A stretch of DNA of 64,000 nt, taken from positions 555,842 through 619,841 of the forward strand of contig CAWDHY010000001.1 of the NCBI GenBank assembly GCA_963802255.1, given 5' to 3'. The DNA is from Candidatus Magasanikiibacteriota bacterium. Lineage in GTDB: Bacteria > Patescibacteriota > Patescibacteriia > Magasanikbacterales > GWA2-37-8. A program made the position numbers and the translations under genes. The number at the start of each line of letters is the position of its first letter. Within the stretch, counting starts at the first letter, position 1. The notes beneath the pieces were generated by a model, which worked only from the letters and a program-made list of their open reading frames with translations, searched no databases and had not been told where the DNA came from. Shown in pieces: positions 51,063-61,022 of the stretch.

Positions 51063-52613
51063 TTATATTAATTCTTTTAATTGATTCTGTAATTTGCTAA
51101 TTTCTTCTTTCAGTTCAATCATTTTTAATTCCCGCCCAATCATTATCTTATTTAATTTTTCCAATTCCTGCGCGCGTGCCTGCAATGCAAGTTCATTTTT
51201 TCTAATTTCTGATAAATCGGTTAAAACAAGTAATTGGGTTTCTACATTCTGATAATTAATCACTTGAGCACTCACTTCAATATCACGAGTCTCGCCATCC
51301 TTAAAAAGCAGTCGGGTACCGAATTTTATATTCCCCGGAGCAGACGATATTTTGTCGAGATTTTTTATAAAACCCATTTTTTCATCGCTTACCACAATCG
51401 AGCTGACAATTTTTCCAACAATTGATTTTCCGCCTCCGCCGAAATTTTTTACTGCTATCGGATTTGCGAAAATAATTTTATGGTCTTTGCACAATAAAAC
51501 CATTCCGGAAAACTGTGTAATAAGCTCTCTATATAGCTCTTCACTGGCTACGAGTTTCCTTTCTGCAATAGTTAACCGGTCTAACATTAAATTAATTTCA
51601 TTGCCCAAAAAAGCAATTTCATCATGACCGCTTAACTTTATATCAATATGCCGGTAATCTGACCCCTGGATCGATTTTACTAAGGTGTTTAATTGGATCA
51701 GGCGGCGCAAAATAATAACATCAGATAATATAAAAGTAATAATTGCAATAATTAATCCCATCGCAAATATTAAAATTGAAAGCAATGATATTACATATAA
51801 TCCCTGTTTATATATATCGCGGGGTAATTCAGCGCGTAATATAAAAAATAAATTTGTATCAACATCACGAAAAGCGGTATAGCCGTAAATTATGTCAGAA
51901 TTGAAAGAAATGACGCGCGTGTCATTTCCCTTTGTAAAAAAACTGATATCATTCTCAAAATCAGAGGCTTGTTCTGTATTTCTGGTATCATACAACTCTA
52001 TCGGATAAGCGCTAAGGTCCGAAAGCGTTTTTATAATTTGCCCATCAAAAAAACGACCAAATAGAAGAGTACCCAGTGACGGTCCTGTGCCGTCACTTTT
52101 TGTAATCGGCCTTGAAACAACAAACAAAGGCGGCTGAGAATCTATTCTGACAAAACCGCCTGCTGAACCGTCAATAGAATCAAATTCAAAAAAAACATCT
52201 TGCCTTTTAACTTCTTCGCAAATTGCCGTCGCTTCAAAGATGGGTTGCATACTTTGCAGGTCCTCACCCTTTGCAAATGCTATTGTTCCCGAATTACTAA
52301 CAGCGCAAATAAAATTGACTCCAAGAGTAATTAGTGCGTCTTCCGGTAAATTTTCTTTAACAAACCCCTCATTATTGCCGGCCATAAAATTCCAAACAGA
52401 ATCCCACCGCGCCCAATCACCTACCTGTGAAATCATGGCTGTTTCAATATTCGTTACAGCGTTTTTGACTCGGGTATTGTTCAAGGAAACCTGTGACTGT
52501 TCAAAGTGATCAAAACTGTCGGTAACAAGAAACCGAAGGAAAGAATATAAAAGAATATTCAAAATAACTGTCGTTCCAACGACGATTAAGAATATCTTGC
52601 TTCGCAATTTCAT
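51063..52613 (-). CDS. CHASE4-HAMP-PAS membrane sensor lacking a kinase domain
   Basis: TM, DWARWD (CHASE4), GTLLFGRFFD, TM, HAMP (DEIAFLG..IN.ML), PAS, C-terminal GRELKMIELK coiled coil. Confidence 0.85.
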   Translation of the reverse strand: MKLRSKIFLIVVGTTVILNILLYSFLRFLVTDSFDHFEQSQVSLNNTRVKNAVTNIETAMISQVGDWARWDSVWNFMAGNNEGFVKENLPEDALITLGVNFICAVSNSGTIAFAKGEDLQSMQPIFEATAICEEVKRQDVFFEFDSIDGSAGGFVRIDSQPPLFVVSRPITKSDGTGPSLGTLLFGRFFDGQIIKTLSDLSAYPIELYDTRNTEQASDFENDISFFTKGNDTRVISFNSDIIYGYTAFRDVDTNLFFILRAELPRDIYKQGLYVISLLSILIFAMGLIIAIITFILSDVIILRRLIQLNTLVKSIQGSDYRHIDIKLSGHDEIAFLGNEINLMLDRLTIAERKLVASEELYRELITQFSGMVLLCKDHKIIFANPIAVKNFGGGGKSIVGKIVSSIVVSDEKMGFIKNLDKISSAPGNIKFGTRLLFKDGETRDIEVSAQVINYQNVETQLLVLTDLSEIRKNELALQARAQELEKLNKIMIGRELKMIELKEEISKLQNQLKELI

Positions 52614-52659
52614 AAAAAATCAAATAGATGACTATTCCTTTATATTATACCATAAAAAG

Positions 52660-54399
52660 CTACCAGCTGCCTCCACCGCCGCCGCCAAATCCACCGCCCG
52701 ATCCGCCTCCTGAAAAACCGCTTCCGCCGGAAGAAGCGGATGATGATACTGTGGCGCCAAGTGTTGATGCCGCGGCAGTATCAAAACTGGCCAAACTGCT
52801 GGTAAGAAAAAGCGCATTAAACATGCCAGCATGATTCGGGTCTTCATACCACTTCGGCTGAATATTATAAATCCCCTCAAACTGCTTCGCCCATTCTTTT
52901 TCAACTTTCATCACCATGGCATAGGGCAATAATTTCTCAAATCTTTCCGGATTCTTCTCCGGCGCGTTGTGAAATTCAATCCGGGCTTTTTCCGCCACTG
53001 TCATATACAATTTTAATCCGAGAATTTTTTCCTTTGTTTCCGCTCCTTTTTTAGTTAATACCGGCATAATAAAACCGAAAACAATAATAATTATCGCTGA
53101 AAGTGTCAGGGCGAATATACCTAAAAGCCCGAATATCACTCCGATAAAAAATGCCATGAAAAAAACAAAACACCCGCCCGCCAGATATTTCATTTTCATC
53201 ATCCTTGGATTTTTTGCGAAATAACCGTCTGTTGTCAGGTCCTTATACAAATTACCGACGACTTTTTGCATGGTTGATGCAAACTCATATTTAAGTGCGG
53301 ACAATTTAATAACATCTCCTTTTTCAAACAAATTATTCATTATTTCCTTGTCAAAACTTTTTGTCAGATCGTCGGCCGGTTTGAGTTTGGTAAAAATGTA
53401 ATCGCTGTTTTTTAATATCTTTCCGGTTTCTTCCCGTCGAATTTTTAAATAGCCGTTTACAGCCAGTTGAATAATTTGAGCCGAAACATCATGACGGTCG
53501 GCGCGGTTATCATAAAGAGTGCCAACCTCGGCCGGAGCTAAATTATCGGGCGCTTCGTATTCGGGAATAATTGTTCCTCTTCCTTTAGCGTTTTTACCGA
53601 GCTTTTTCCAGCGCCTGTAAAGCCAAATAAAAATAAGTACCGGTAAGAAAATAATGCCATTATCACGAACAATTTCCAGAATAGTCTGAGAAAGAGGCGG
53701 TTTCTGAATAGTCCCGGCCGGCACTCCTATAACCACCGTTAAACCCTCAGCCGGTTTCAAATCAACGGCTTTAAATACTACTACGGAAATCGGATCGTTC
53801 TCATTAAGATCACCTGAGTCATTCAATATTCCGGCAGACATTTCACAAACCTTCGTGCTTCCATACGCTCCGTAATAGCATGTTCGTGTGACATCGCTAT
53901 CCGGCAAATCATTCTCAAAACGGACAATGGTTTCCGCTTCATCAATCGGCACCTGCCAGCCGTTGCCTGTGGCATTCCAATACAATTCATCATGATCATC
54001 AAAATAATTTATCGCTCGTCTGACCGTGTATCGTATGCGGTATGTGTGTTGGCCGGTAATAAGTTTATCCGCATCCCCGATTTTAATTTGCAAATTACTG
54101 CCGGAATATAAAGTGGTAAAAGTGTATGGGTTATTATTTTCGTCAACAACCGATACATCAGACACGCGCAATTTGTAATTTCCGCCCCGTGCTTTGTATC
54201 CGATAATAATATCGCGATATATTCCGTGGCGTTCCGCTTCGCCAAAATTATAAATTATACTTTCCTCAACATTAATACTGGCGTCGCTATGAAGAGAAAT
54301 ATCAGAAATAAATTTATCAATTTTCTCCTGAGCCATAACCGGCCCGGCGAAGGATAAAAAAACTACCACCAACAAACTTACACAAATTTTCTTAAACAT
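52660..54399 (-). CDS. DUF2207 membrane protein
   Basis: [27 protein letters not shown], Gly-rich GGGGGGSW end. Confidence 0.88.
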   Translation of the reverse strand: MFKKICVSLLVVVFLSFAGPVMAQEKIDKFISDISLHSDASINVEESIIYNFGEAERHGIYRDIIIGYKARGGNYKLRVSDVSVVDENNNPYTFTTLYSGSNLQIKIGDADKLITGQHTYRIRYTVRRAINYFDDHDELYWNATGNGWQVPIDEAETIVRFENDLPDSDVTRTCYYGAYGSTKVCEMSAGILNDSGDLNENDPISVVVFKAVDLKPAEGLTVVIGVPAGTIQKPPLSQTILEIVRDNGIIFLPVLIFIWLYRRWKKLGKNAKGRGTIIPEYEAPDNLAPAEVGTLYDNRADRHDVSAQIIQLAVNGYLKIRREETGKILKNSDYIFTKLKPADDLTKSFDKEIMNNLFEKGDVIKLSALKYEFASTMQKVVGNLYKDLTTDGYFAKNPRMMKMKYLAGGCFVFFMAFFIGVIFGLLGIFALTLSAIIIIVFGFIMPVLTKKGAETKEKILGLKLYMTVAEKARIEFHNAPEKNPERFEKLLPYAMVMKVEKEWAKQFEGIYNIQPKWYEDPNHAGMFNALFLTSSLASFDTAAASTLGATVSSSASSGGSGFSGGGSGGGFGGGGGGSW

Positions 54400-54442
54400 A
54401 AATACATTGTTAAAATATGCATATATTGTATCACTTATGCTC

Positions 54443-54476
54443 AAAAAATAAAAAAATCCCGCAGAAATTGCGGGAT
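54443..54476 (-). terminator. Intrinsic terminator of the orphan cassette
   Basis: ATCCCGCA-GAAAT-TGCGGGAT with long A-run. Confidence 0.7.
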
Positions 54477-54497
54477 GGCGGGAAAGAACAGGGTTTT

Positions 54498-54776
54498 CTA
54501 GGAGCAGTTGGGGCAGGGCAGGTCGCGGACGCTTCTGCGGTCATCGGCCAGACCGCACTCCGGGCACATCTCCTCGACGATGAGCTCGCCGAAAATGGTG
54601 CACTCCTCCGCTTCCAGGAATACGGCCAGAGATTCGTCCCTGAAGACGAACCGGGCGTAGCCGCGCTTGGCATCTTCGGCATTTTTCCCCAGCTGAAGCC
54701 CGCGAAGGACCTTGCCGGAACGGATATCCGTCATACGGAAGTGCCTCCGATGCTTGTGGGTCTTGCTAGCCATCAT
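54498..54776 (-). CDS. Orphan protein with C-terminal zinc ribbon
   Basis: CPEC...CPNC; AAGGAG SD; consensus promoter upstream. Confidence 0.65.
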   Translation of the reverse strand: MMASKTHKHRRHFRMTDIRSGKVLRGLQLGKNAEDAKRGYARFVFRDESLAVFLEAEECTIFGELIVEEMCPECGLADDRRSVRDLPCPNCS

Positions 54777-54826
54777 TTCTCCTTTTTGAGAGCAATAACT
54801 GCCCAAAATTGCACGATTCTGGCCGT

Positions 54827-54855
54827 ATTATAGCACAAAATACGACTTTTGTCAA
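54827..54855 (-). promoter_or_regulatory. Perfect consensus sigma70 promoter
   Basis: TTGACA-N17-TATAAT with an extended -10 TG. Confidence 0.85.
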
Positions 54856-54904
54856 CCCCTCACGGACTTTCAATAAATTGCCTCTAACCCAGACAGATAT
54901 TCAT

Positions 54905-54934
54905 AAAAAAACCGGCAGAAAGGGATTCTGCCGG
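54905..54934 (-). terminator. Intrinsic terminator
   Basis: CCGGCAGAA-AGGGA-TTCTGCCGG with A-run. Confidence 0.7.
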
Positions 54935-54964
54935 CCGGAATACTCCGTCAAAAAGGAACGACTG

Positions 54965-55570
54965 TCAGGTGGAGGCCAATCCTTCGGCCTTATTGCAGAC
55001 CGAACAAATGAATTGGCGGGCGGCCGTACTTTTCGGACGGCCGAAGAGCCATTCGGCGAAAATCGCCGAGAGGATGGTACTGCTGTCAGCCGGATCGAAA
55101 AGCCGGTCGGCGTTCAGCGTTTCATCGGTTTCTTCTGCCAGAAAGTCGGAAGAGGTGTCCGGCGGGTAAACGAGGAATGTCTTGTCCTGACGAAAGACCT
55201 CGACGGACAGAATCTGTTTTGAACCGATGAGACAAAACAGTGAAACCACATTGTCACTGAACATACCGGAAAGAGCCCGCAGGACTTCGGAATGAGGCTG
55301 AAGCTGGTCCAACCAGAACGACAGTTCGTTGCGGTCGATAGGCGTTGCGCACCGGCTGAGCAAATCCGTCCAATCGGCGTTCTGAACTTCATCGGTGAGA
55401 TCGGACCCGTAGATATTCATGAACTCGCGCATGTCCGGCTCGTCGGTGGTGGCGTTTGCCCGGCATTGGCGGTTTAGCCAGGAGAGCCTCCACTCCTTTG
55501 CTTCCGGGTGATTCCGCCTGTATGCGGATGTGCCGGCAAGCAGTTCCTTTCCCGAAATGTCGGTTATCAT
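54965..55570 (-). CDS. Orphan hypothetical protein
   Basis: 201 aa; AAGGAGG SD; TTGACT-N17-TAATTT promoter (55634-55606). Confidence 0.65.
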   Translation of the reverse strand: MITDISGKELLAGTSAYRRNHPEAKEWRLSWLNRQCRANATTDEPDMREFMNIYGSDLTDEVQNADWTDLLSRCATPIDRNELSFWLDQLQPHSEVLRALSGMFSDNVVSLFCLIGSKQILSVEVFRQDKTFLVYPPDTSSDFLAEETDETLNADRLFDPADSSTILSAIFAEWLFGRPKSTAARQFICSVCNKAEGLAST

Positions 55571-55690
55571 TTAAAGCCCCTCCTTTTTTGTTTTCAACCA
55601 ATATGAAATTATCACCGGTTGAAGAAAAAGTCAAATATATTATAAACTAAAAAACTCCGGACCAAAATCCGAAGTTTTCCCAAAATAATA

Positions 55691-56296
55691 TTATTTAATC
55701 GTTACTGTCACTTCTTTATCCGGCGCCATATAGCTGACCAATCGCTTTATCTCCTCTTTCGCCTTATTATTTGCCGCTTCCATCATCTCGGTGGAGGTCG
55801 CGGCACTCTCCGCTTGCCTTATTATCTCAGCCATGGCTTGGTTATAACCGTCATCATTTTCCAAAATACGTTTTAATATCCCCTGCTTATTTTCTACACT
55901 TATGTCGCCTACCAATCGGGAATTAAATATTTCCGCCCCCGGAACAGCTACCGTAATATCATTGCCGGTCATTTGAATATCATCGGCTTTCATTTCTTCC
56001 AAATCAACGCCGAGATTCACTTCCACCACAGCAGAAGCTTTTATTTCCTGGCCCCAAAATAATTTTTTCCAGATGCTGGCGTCATTGTCTTTTATCGTCA
56101 CAGCAACAGTGGACACGCTGGTTTCGGTTACCAAGAAACCGCGCTCGCGCAAGGCCGATAATATCGTCTGCCCGGAAACAACGCGCTCAGGCTTTGATTC
56201 TTTTGTTAGAAGCCAGCCGATAAAAACGCCAAACGCTAAAATTACAGCAACCAAAAATATCGCTCTAATCAATGCTTTCATATTCATTATTCGCAA
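55691..56296 (-). CDS. DUF4230-like membrane-anchored protein
   Basis: N-terminal TM; VEVNLGVDL, ITVAVPGAEI, A..KAKEEIKRL; start uncertain. Confidence 0.65.
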   Translation of the reverse strand: MRIMNMKALIRAIFLVAVILAFGVFIGWLLTKESKPERVVSGQTILSALRERGFLVTETSVSTVAVTIKDNDASIWKKLFWGQEIKASAVVEVNLGVDLEEMKADDIQMTGNDITVAVPGAEIFNSRLVGDISVENKQGILKRILENDDGYNQAMAEIIRQAESAATSTEMMEAANNKAKEEIKRLVSYMAPDKEVTVTIK

Positions 56297-56976
56297 TTAG
56301 CCTGCATGCACGAATCACGCGCCGCCCCGGTCGGCATTTTTTCACAAATTAAACACATATCAATATCATCCGCATTTAACGAAGATCCGTAACCACCCGC
56401 TGAAGCACCCGGCATACTGCCCGCGCCGGTCGCCGCGTTCATCATGTCATCCAAACTCTGGAACTGAACATTGCTTGGCGGAGTCATCACAGATTTTTCC
56501 GGAGACCATTTCTTGCATTTCAAATCTATCTTCATATCCATATCAATACTATCCTGGCTGGCCTCGCCGGCTTCTTCCTTCAATTTTTCTTCTTCCTCTT
56601 TTGTCATGGTCACTTTTATTCCGGTCGGCTGATCATCGGTCCAAACATATTGTGTCTCTCCGTCTTTCACAAAATGAGTCATTTTCTCACCCACTTCCGG
56701 CATATTAACTTTTATATCGCCGCGGATACTATCTTCACCGGCAAAGTATAATGTTCCTTCCTGATAAATATCCTGATAAGTCATGGCATAGGTACAGCGG
56801 TATGGCTTGCCGGACTTGGCCATTTCTTCAATTGTTGACTGAAACTCTTCCACTGTGGCACTCTCATTGCTCTCGTTTTGCAATTGACCCGTCTCTTCGG
56901 CTGTTTTCTTACCACAGCCGGTAAATACAAACGCTAACGCTACGAATATGGCCGCAAAATATATGGTTTTACGCAT
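56287..56976 (-). CDS. Hypothetical lipoprotein
   Basis: FVFTGC lipobox; Cys-rich C-terminus. Confidence 0.7.
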   Translation of the reverse strand: MRKTIYFAAIFVALAFVFTGCGKKTAEETGQLQNESNESATVEEFQSTIEEMAKSGKPYRCTYAMTYQDIYQEGTLYFAGEDSIRGDIKVNMPEVGEKMTHFVKDGETQYVWTDDQPTGIKVTMTKEEEEKLKEEAGEASQDSIDMDMKIDLKCKKWSPEKSVMTPPSNVQFQSLDDMMNAATGAGSMPGASAGGYGSSLNADDIDMCLICEKMPTGAARDSCMQANCE

Positions 56977-57061
56977 ATTTAAAATATTAAATTATTACTA
57001 AAATATAGTATCACAAAATGAATAATTGGCAATAGCCGGCTGTGTTTTATCCCAACTATTA

Positions 57062-57979
57062 CTACTGTCTCTTCTTTCGAAAAATTAAAGCCACTAAAAA
57101 TATTGTTAGAAGAGTCACAGCTCCAAAAAGAGCAAATACGAGCGGCGGTTCGCTGGCAAGTGGCAACCTGTTCAGGTTCATGCCATAAAAACCGGCCAAC
57201 AGCGTGAGTGGCATGAGCGAAGCTGAAATAACCGTCAGGATGGTAATAATCCGGTTAGTATGCTGAGAAATCATTGATTCATTTGTCCAATGCAGTCCAT
57301 CAATAGTGTCCCGGTGATTTTCTATTTCCACCCATGCTTTTTCAATATGGTCGTGAACATTATCAAAATAGTGAGTCATGTCGGCCGGAATAAAATCAGA
57401 GTTTAAATTGACCAGAACATTCATGGTAAATCTTTGCGGGTCAAGCATCCGGCGCAAAGTTAATACTGAACGGCGGATAAACGCCAAATCGCGCGCCACG
57501 CTTTTTAGTTCATTTTCATAAACATCATCTTCCACTTCGGCCACTTGCCGTCCCACCGCGTCTATGGCGGCGTGGGCATCGCGGAAAAGACGCTCTAAAA
57601 TTTTATACATCAAATAACTTGCTCCTTTAGTCATCCACATGCTGCGCAGTTTGGCGTTGCCAGATAAGCGTTTAAAAATATGATTCAGAAACGGATAAGA
57701 GTTTTTTGAAACTGTTATCAAAGTGTCTTTTGTTAAAAAAATATCCACTTCACGCGCCCGTATCTTAAAACGTTCTTTGTCAAAAAACGGAAATACAGCA
57801 ATCAAAAATAAATAGTACTTGTAGACGTCTATCTTTGGCTGTTGTTTTTCGGACATCACATCCTCAATATCAAGGGCGTGAAATTTATAATTCTCTTTTA
57901 AATACGCGGCGGTCTCTTCGTCCGCACCGGTAAGGTGAATCCAGCGGCATTTTTTGCCTTTTATCTCTTCTGTTGACAT
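57062..57979 (-). CDS. corA: CorA-family Mg2+/divalent cation transporter
   Basis: FHALDIED, QPKID, PLTLLAGFYGMN signature. Confidence 0.92.
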   Translation of the reverse strand: MSTEEIKGKKCRWIHLTGADEETAAYLKENYKFHALDIEDVMSEKQQPKIDVYKYYLFLIAVFPFFDKERFKIRAREVDIFLTKDTLITVSKNSYPFLNHIFKRLSGNAKLRSMWMTKGASYLMYKILERLFRDAHAAIDAVGRQVAEVEDDVYENELKSVARDLAFIRRSVLTLRRMLDPQRFTMNVLVNLNSDFIPADMTHYFDNVHDHIEKAWVEIENHRDTIDGLHWTNESMISQHTNRIITILTVISASLMPLTLLAGFYGMNLNRLPLASEPPLVFALFGAVTLLTIFLVALIFRKKRQ

Positions 57980-58056
57980 ATTCTTTGTCCTGATTTAAAT
58001 GATATAGTACAATTATACCACAAGATGTTGTTGTAAGCGAGATAACCCGCCTAAAT

Positions 58057-59445
58057 ATGACGCATGAAGAAAAAATCAAAACTATCAGTGAACAAATAAT
58101 ACTCAAAAACACTTTGGGCAGGAAAATTGCGTTTGTGAAAAAATCCGTTACGCATGTTGTACCCAATGCCGGCGTGAAAAAAACCGGTGAAAAAATTTAT
58201 ATCGGAGATTTGGATCAGATAATTCAAATCAACACGGATGATAAAACCTGTACCGCCGAATCCGGCGTCACTTTTTATGATTTGGTGCAAAAAACTCTGC
58301 CGCTCGGTCTTGTCCCCTATGTTGTACCTGAGCTGAAAGGCATTACCATCGGCGGGGCAGTTTCCGGCTGTTCCATTGAGTCTATGTCCTACAAATACGG
58401 CGGTTTTCATGATTCCTGTCTTGAATATGAAATTATTGCCGCCACCGGCGAAATTCTTACCTGCTCGCGGGAAAATAATCCGGAATTGTTTGAAATGATT
58501 CACGGTTCATACGGAACGCTGGCGCTGGTGTCCAAATTAAAATTTAAACTCTACCCGGCCGAACCATTCGTCAAAATGACTTATGAAAAACACGATAATT
58601 TCGAAGAATTTTACCGTTCACTCCTGCACCACTGCGAACAAGCCGACTATACCTTTGTTGATGCGATAATACACGGCACTGACAACCTGGTAATCTGCCT
58701 GGGCGAATATGCCGCCAACGCGCCATATATTTCTAACTACGAAAAAGAAAATATTTATTATAAAAGCACGGATAAAAAAAATGAGGATTATTTACCGACA
58801 TCTCAATATTTTTTCCGTTACGATACAGAATGCCATTGGCTGTCGCGGACCATCCCCCCTCTTGAGTGGACCGCTGTGCGCAAATTTTTCGGTAAGTTTT
58901 TTCTCGGTTCGGATAATATGATCCGTTGGACCGAACGGCTGAAAAAAATATCCTTGCCGGCCGAAGCACAAAATCTTCCACCTCTGCGCGCTGCTGAAAA
59001 ATTCTTAAATTACAAAAAGCGCCCGGACGTGATTGTTGACGTATTTATTCCCAGCAAAAAATTCACTGATTTCTGGGCTTGGTACAAAAAAGAATTTAAT
59101 TTTTTCCCGCTCTGGATAGTGCCTTACAAAATGCCTCGGCCCAAGGCCGACAAGGTCGGGCTGTATCCATGGATTAATCCAGTGCACGCGATGAAATCAG
59201 GCGAAAGCTTTTTTATTGACACTGCCATTTACGGCAAAAAAAATTGCGAGGCCGACCGCGACCTGGCAAAAATGCTGGAAGATAAAGTGTTTGAGTTGGG
59301 CGGAATTAAAACCTTGATTTCAAAAAATTATTACAGCCGCGAACGTTTCGCGGAGATTTACAACCTCGCGCTGTATGACCGCATTAAACAAAAAACCGAC
59401 CCGAAAAATCTTTTCGGAACGGTTTATGAGAGAATGGTAAAATAA
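58057..59445 (+). CDS. FAD-binding oxidoreductase (DHCR24/BfaA-like, VAO family)
   Basis: VVPELKGITIGGAVSGCSIES, LFEMIHGSYGTL, YFFRYD, PLWIVP, DPKNLF. Confidence 0.82.
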   Translation: MTHEEKIKTISEQIILKNTLGRKIAFVKKSVTHVVPNAGVKKTGEKIYIGDLDQIIQINTDDKTCTAESGVTFYDLVQKTLPLGLVPYVVPELKGITIGGAVSGCSIESMSYKYGGFHDSCLEYEIIAATGEILTCSRENNPELFEMIHGSYGTLALVSKLKFKLYPAEPFVKMTYEKHDNFEEFYRSLLHHCEQADYTFVDAIIHGTDNLVICLGEYAANAPYISNYEKENIYYKSTDKKNEDYLPTSQYFFRYDTECHWLSRTIPPLEWTAVRKFFGKFFLGSDNMIRWTERLKKISLPAEAQNLPPLRAAEKFLNYKKRPDVIVDVFIPSKKFTDFWAWYKKEFNFFPLWIVPYKMPRPKADKVGLYPWINPVHAMKSGESFFIDTAIYGKKNCEADRDLAKMLEDKVFELGGIKTLISKNYYSRERFAEIYNLALYDRIKQKTDPKNLFGTVYERMVK

Positions 59446-59480
59446 AAAAATCCCTCAGCCCGAGGCTGAGGGATTTTTTT
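59444..59480. terminator. Bidirectional terminator
   Basis: AAAAAAATCCCTCAGCC-CGA-GGCTGAGGGATTTTTTT. Confidence 0.85.
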
Positions 59481-59487
59481 GCATATT

Positions 59488-60060
59488 TTATTTTCCATTT
59501 GCAATTCTCTCTGCGAATCGCTTCCCTATTTTCACAATTTCTTCGTCGGTCACGGCGGAATGCACCGTATTTATCCGGAAAAATTTATTTTCACTGATAA
59601 TCAAATCCACACGATACGGCGTTTTAGCACCCCTGGAATAAAACAACAAATTATCCACCGGCAAACTATCGTCTTTTTTGTAGGTATATCCGTATTTATC
59701 AAGGTCAGCTTTGTTTGCAGTCACACTGGTGTCCTCTTCGAGCACCACCACAACCGGCGCGCCACCCGGTTTATCGCCATACGGTGTGTGATCATATGTC
59801 TCGCTCCAAACAGTGTAATAATTACAAATATAATCTTCGGCAATACTCGTATCCTCTGTCTTCACAATCGGCCGACCAATCGCTTCTTCAACCAGCTCCT
59901 TGGGGAAATATTTACAAACTTCTTCCATGTCTGACTTTCCGCTTTTTCCGGATGATTTCTCTCCGTTCGGCGCTACACTACCCGGACCGCCACATCCGGC
60001 TCCGGCGAATGTTATAGCCATCATGATGGCTATTGCTCCAAAAAGTATTCTCTTGGGCAT
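59488..60060 (-). CDS. Lipoprotein (GAGC lipobox), paralog of 41677-42597
   Basis: FAGAGC lipobox; shared C..F..E..EEA.G..IVKTE...C.Y motif. Confidence 0.75.
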   Translation of the reverse strand: MPKRILFGAIAIMMAITFAGAGCGGPGSVAPNGEKSSGKSGKSDMEEVCKYFPKELVEEAIGRPIVKTEDTSIAEDYICNYYTVWSETYDHTPYGDKPGGAPVVVVLEEDTSVTANKADLDKYGYTYKKDDSLPVDNLLFYSRGAKTPYRVDLIISENKFFRINTVHSAVTDEEIVKIGKRFAERIANGK

Positions 60061-60071
60061 ATATACTTAAA

Positions 60072-61022
60072 TTAAACGTTATAACGTGTTGGTTGAATCA
60101 TAGTTAATAAATATGAACGCGTCGATGTGGTGGTTAAAATTTCATTTCTTAAACCGGCCTCGGAAATGACCTCAGCGATCACCTGTTCGGTAAATTTTCT
60201 CGAACGGACAATAAGAATCTTTTCTCCTTTCTCAATAATAAATTTTTCACTGCCGATTTTAACATTTGTATCTTTTTTAATCAGCAAGTGAGCCTGAATC
60301 TGATGGGATTTTTCATGCCATGAAAATTCTATGTCATTTCGCTTTGGGTCAAAGCCGATGTATCTCGGAATAAAAGATAGAAAATTATCACCCTCTCTTT
60401 CCTGCCTGTAACGCTCGAGTATTTTATCAATAAGAGCGAAGTTGGTCATTTCAATTCCGATAAGCAAATAATCTGATGTGGTCATGGAATCACGAAAATT
60501 TGTCAAAATGCGGTTGGCATTGTCAAAATTTCCGAGCGTCGTTCCTAAAAAAAGCATCAAATTGGCATATCCGCCACGGCTTAATGAAAAAGATATTTCG
60601 GAAAAATTTCCTAATTCAAAATCAACGACATAAGGAAATATTTTAATCTTAGGGAATGCTTTTTTTACTTTTTTGCACGCAATATCAATCAAAGATTGAC
60701 TAATATCCACCGGTACATAGCGCACGTCAAAGCCATATTCAATCGCGCGGTTAATTATTTTAACCGCTTTATAACCGTCGCCGCATCCAAGATCAATAAC
60801 GTTAATTTTTTTAGTATTAAAGGACGACAAAAATGTGTCTAATCTTTTGAAAAGCAACTCCATTTCCACACTATGAATATCGCTGCCAGATTGCCGTTTT
60901 TCGGATATTTTTGTCCAATTTAAAGCGCCTTTGCCCAAATAAGCAAACTTCAACGGTATCTCCCCGCGACCCTGTATTGCGGTAATTAACTCAAATTCCT
61001 GTCTTTTTGTAAACATAAACAA
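60072..61022 (-). CDS. EgtD-like (Methyltransf_33) SAM-dependent methyltransferase
   Basis: IPLKFAY, VIDLGCGDGYK, YVPVDIS, FLGTTLGNF, LLIGIE, SRKFT. Confidence 0.8.
   Translation of the reverse strand: MFMFTKRQEFELITAIQGRGEIPLKFAYLGKGALNWTKISEKRQSGSDIHSVEMELLFKRLDTFLSSFNTKKINVIDLGCGDGYKAVKIINRAIEYGFDVRYVPVDISQSLIDIACKKVKKAFPKIKIFPYVVDFELGNFSEISFSLSRGGYANLMLFLGTTLGNFDNANRILTNFRDSMTTSDYLLIGIEMTNFALIDKILERYRQEREGDNFLSFIPRYIGFDPKRNDIEFSWHEKSHQIQAHLLIKKDTNVKIGSEKFIIEKGEKILIVRSRKFTEQVIAEVISEAGLRNEILTTTSTRSYLLTMIQPTRYNV

Noticed and set aside
52660-52760. GC-rich low-complexity repeat
   Set aside because: Encodes the normal Gly/Ser-rich DUF2207 C-terminus
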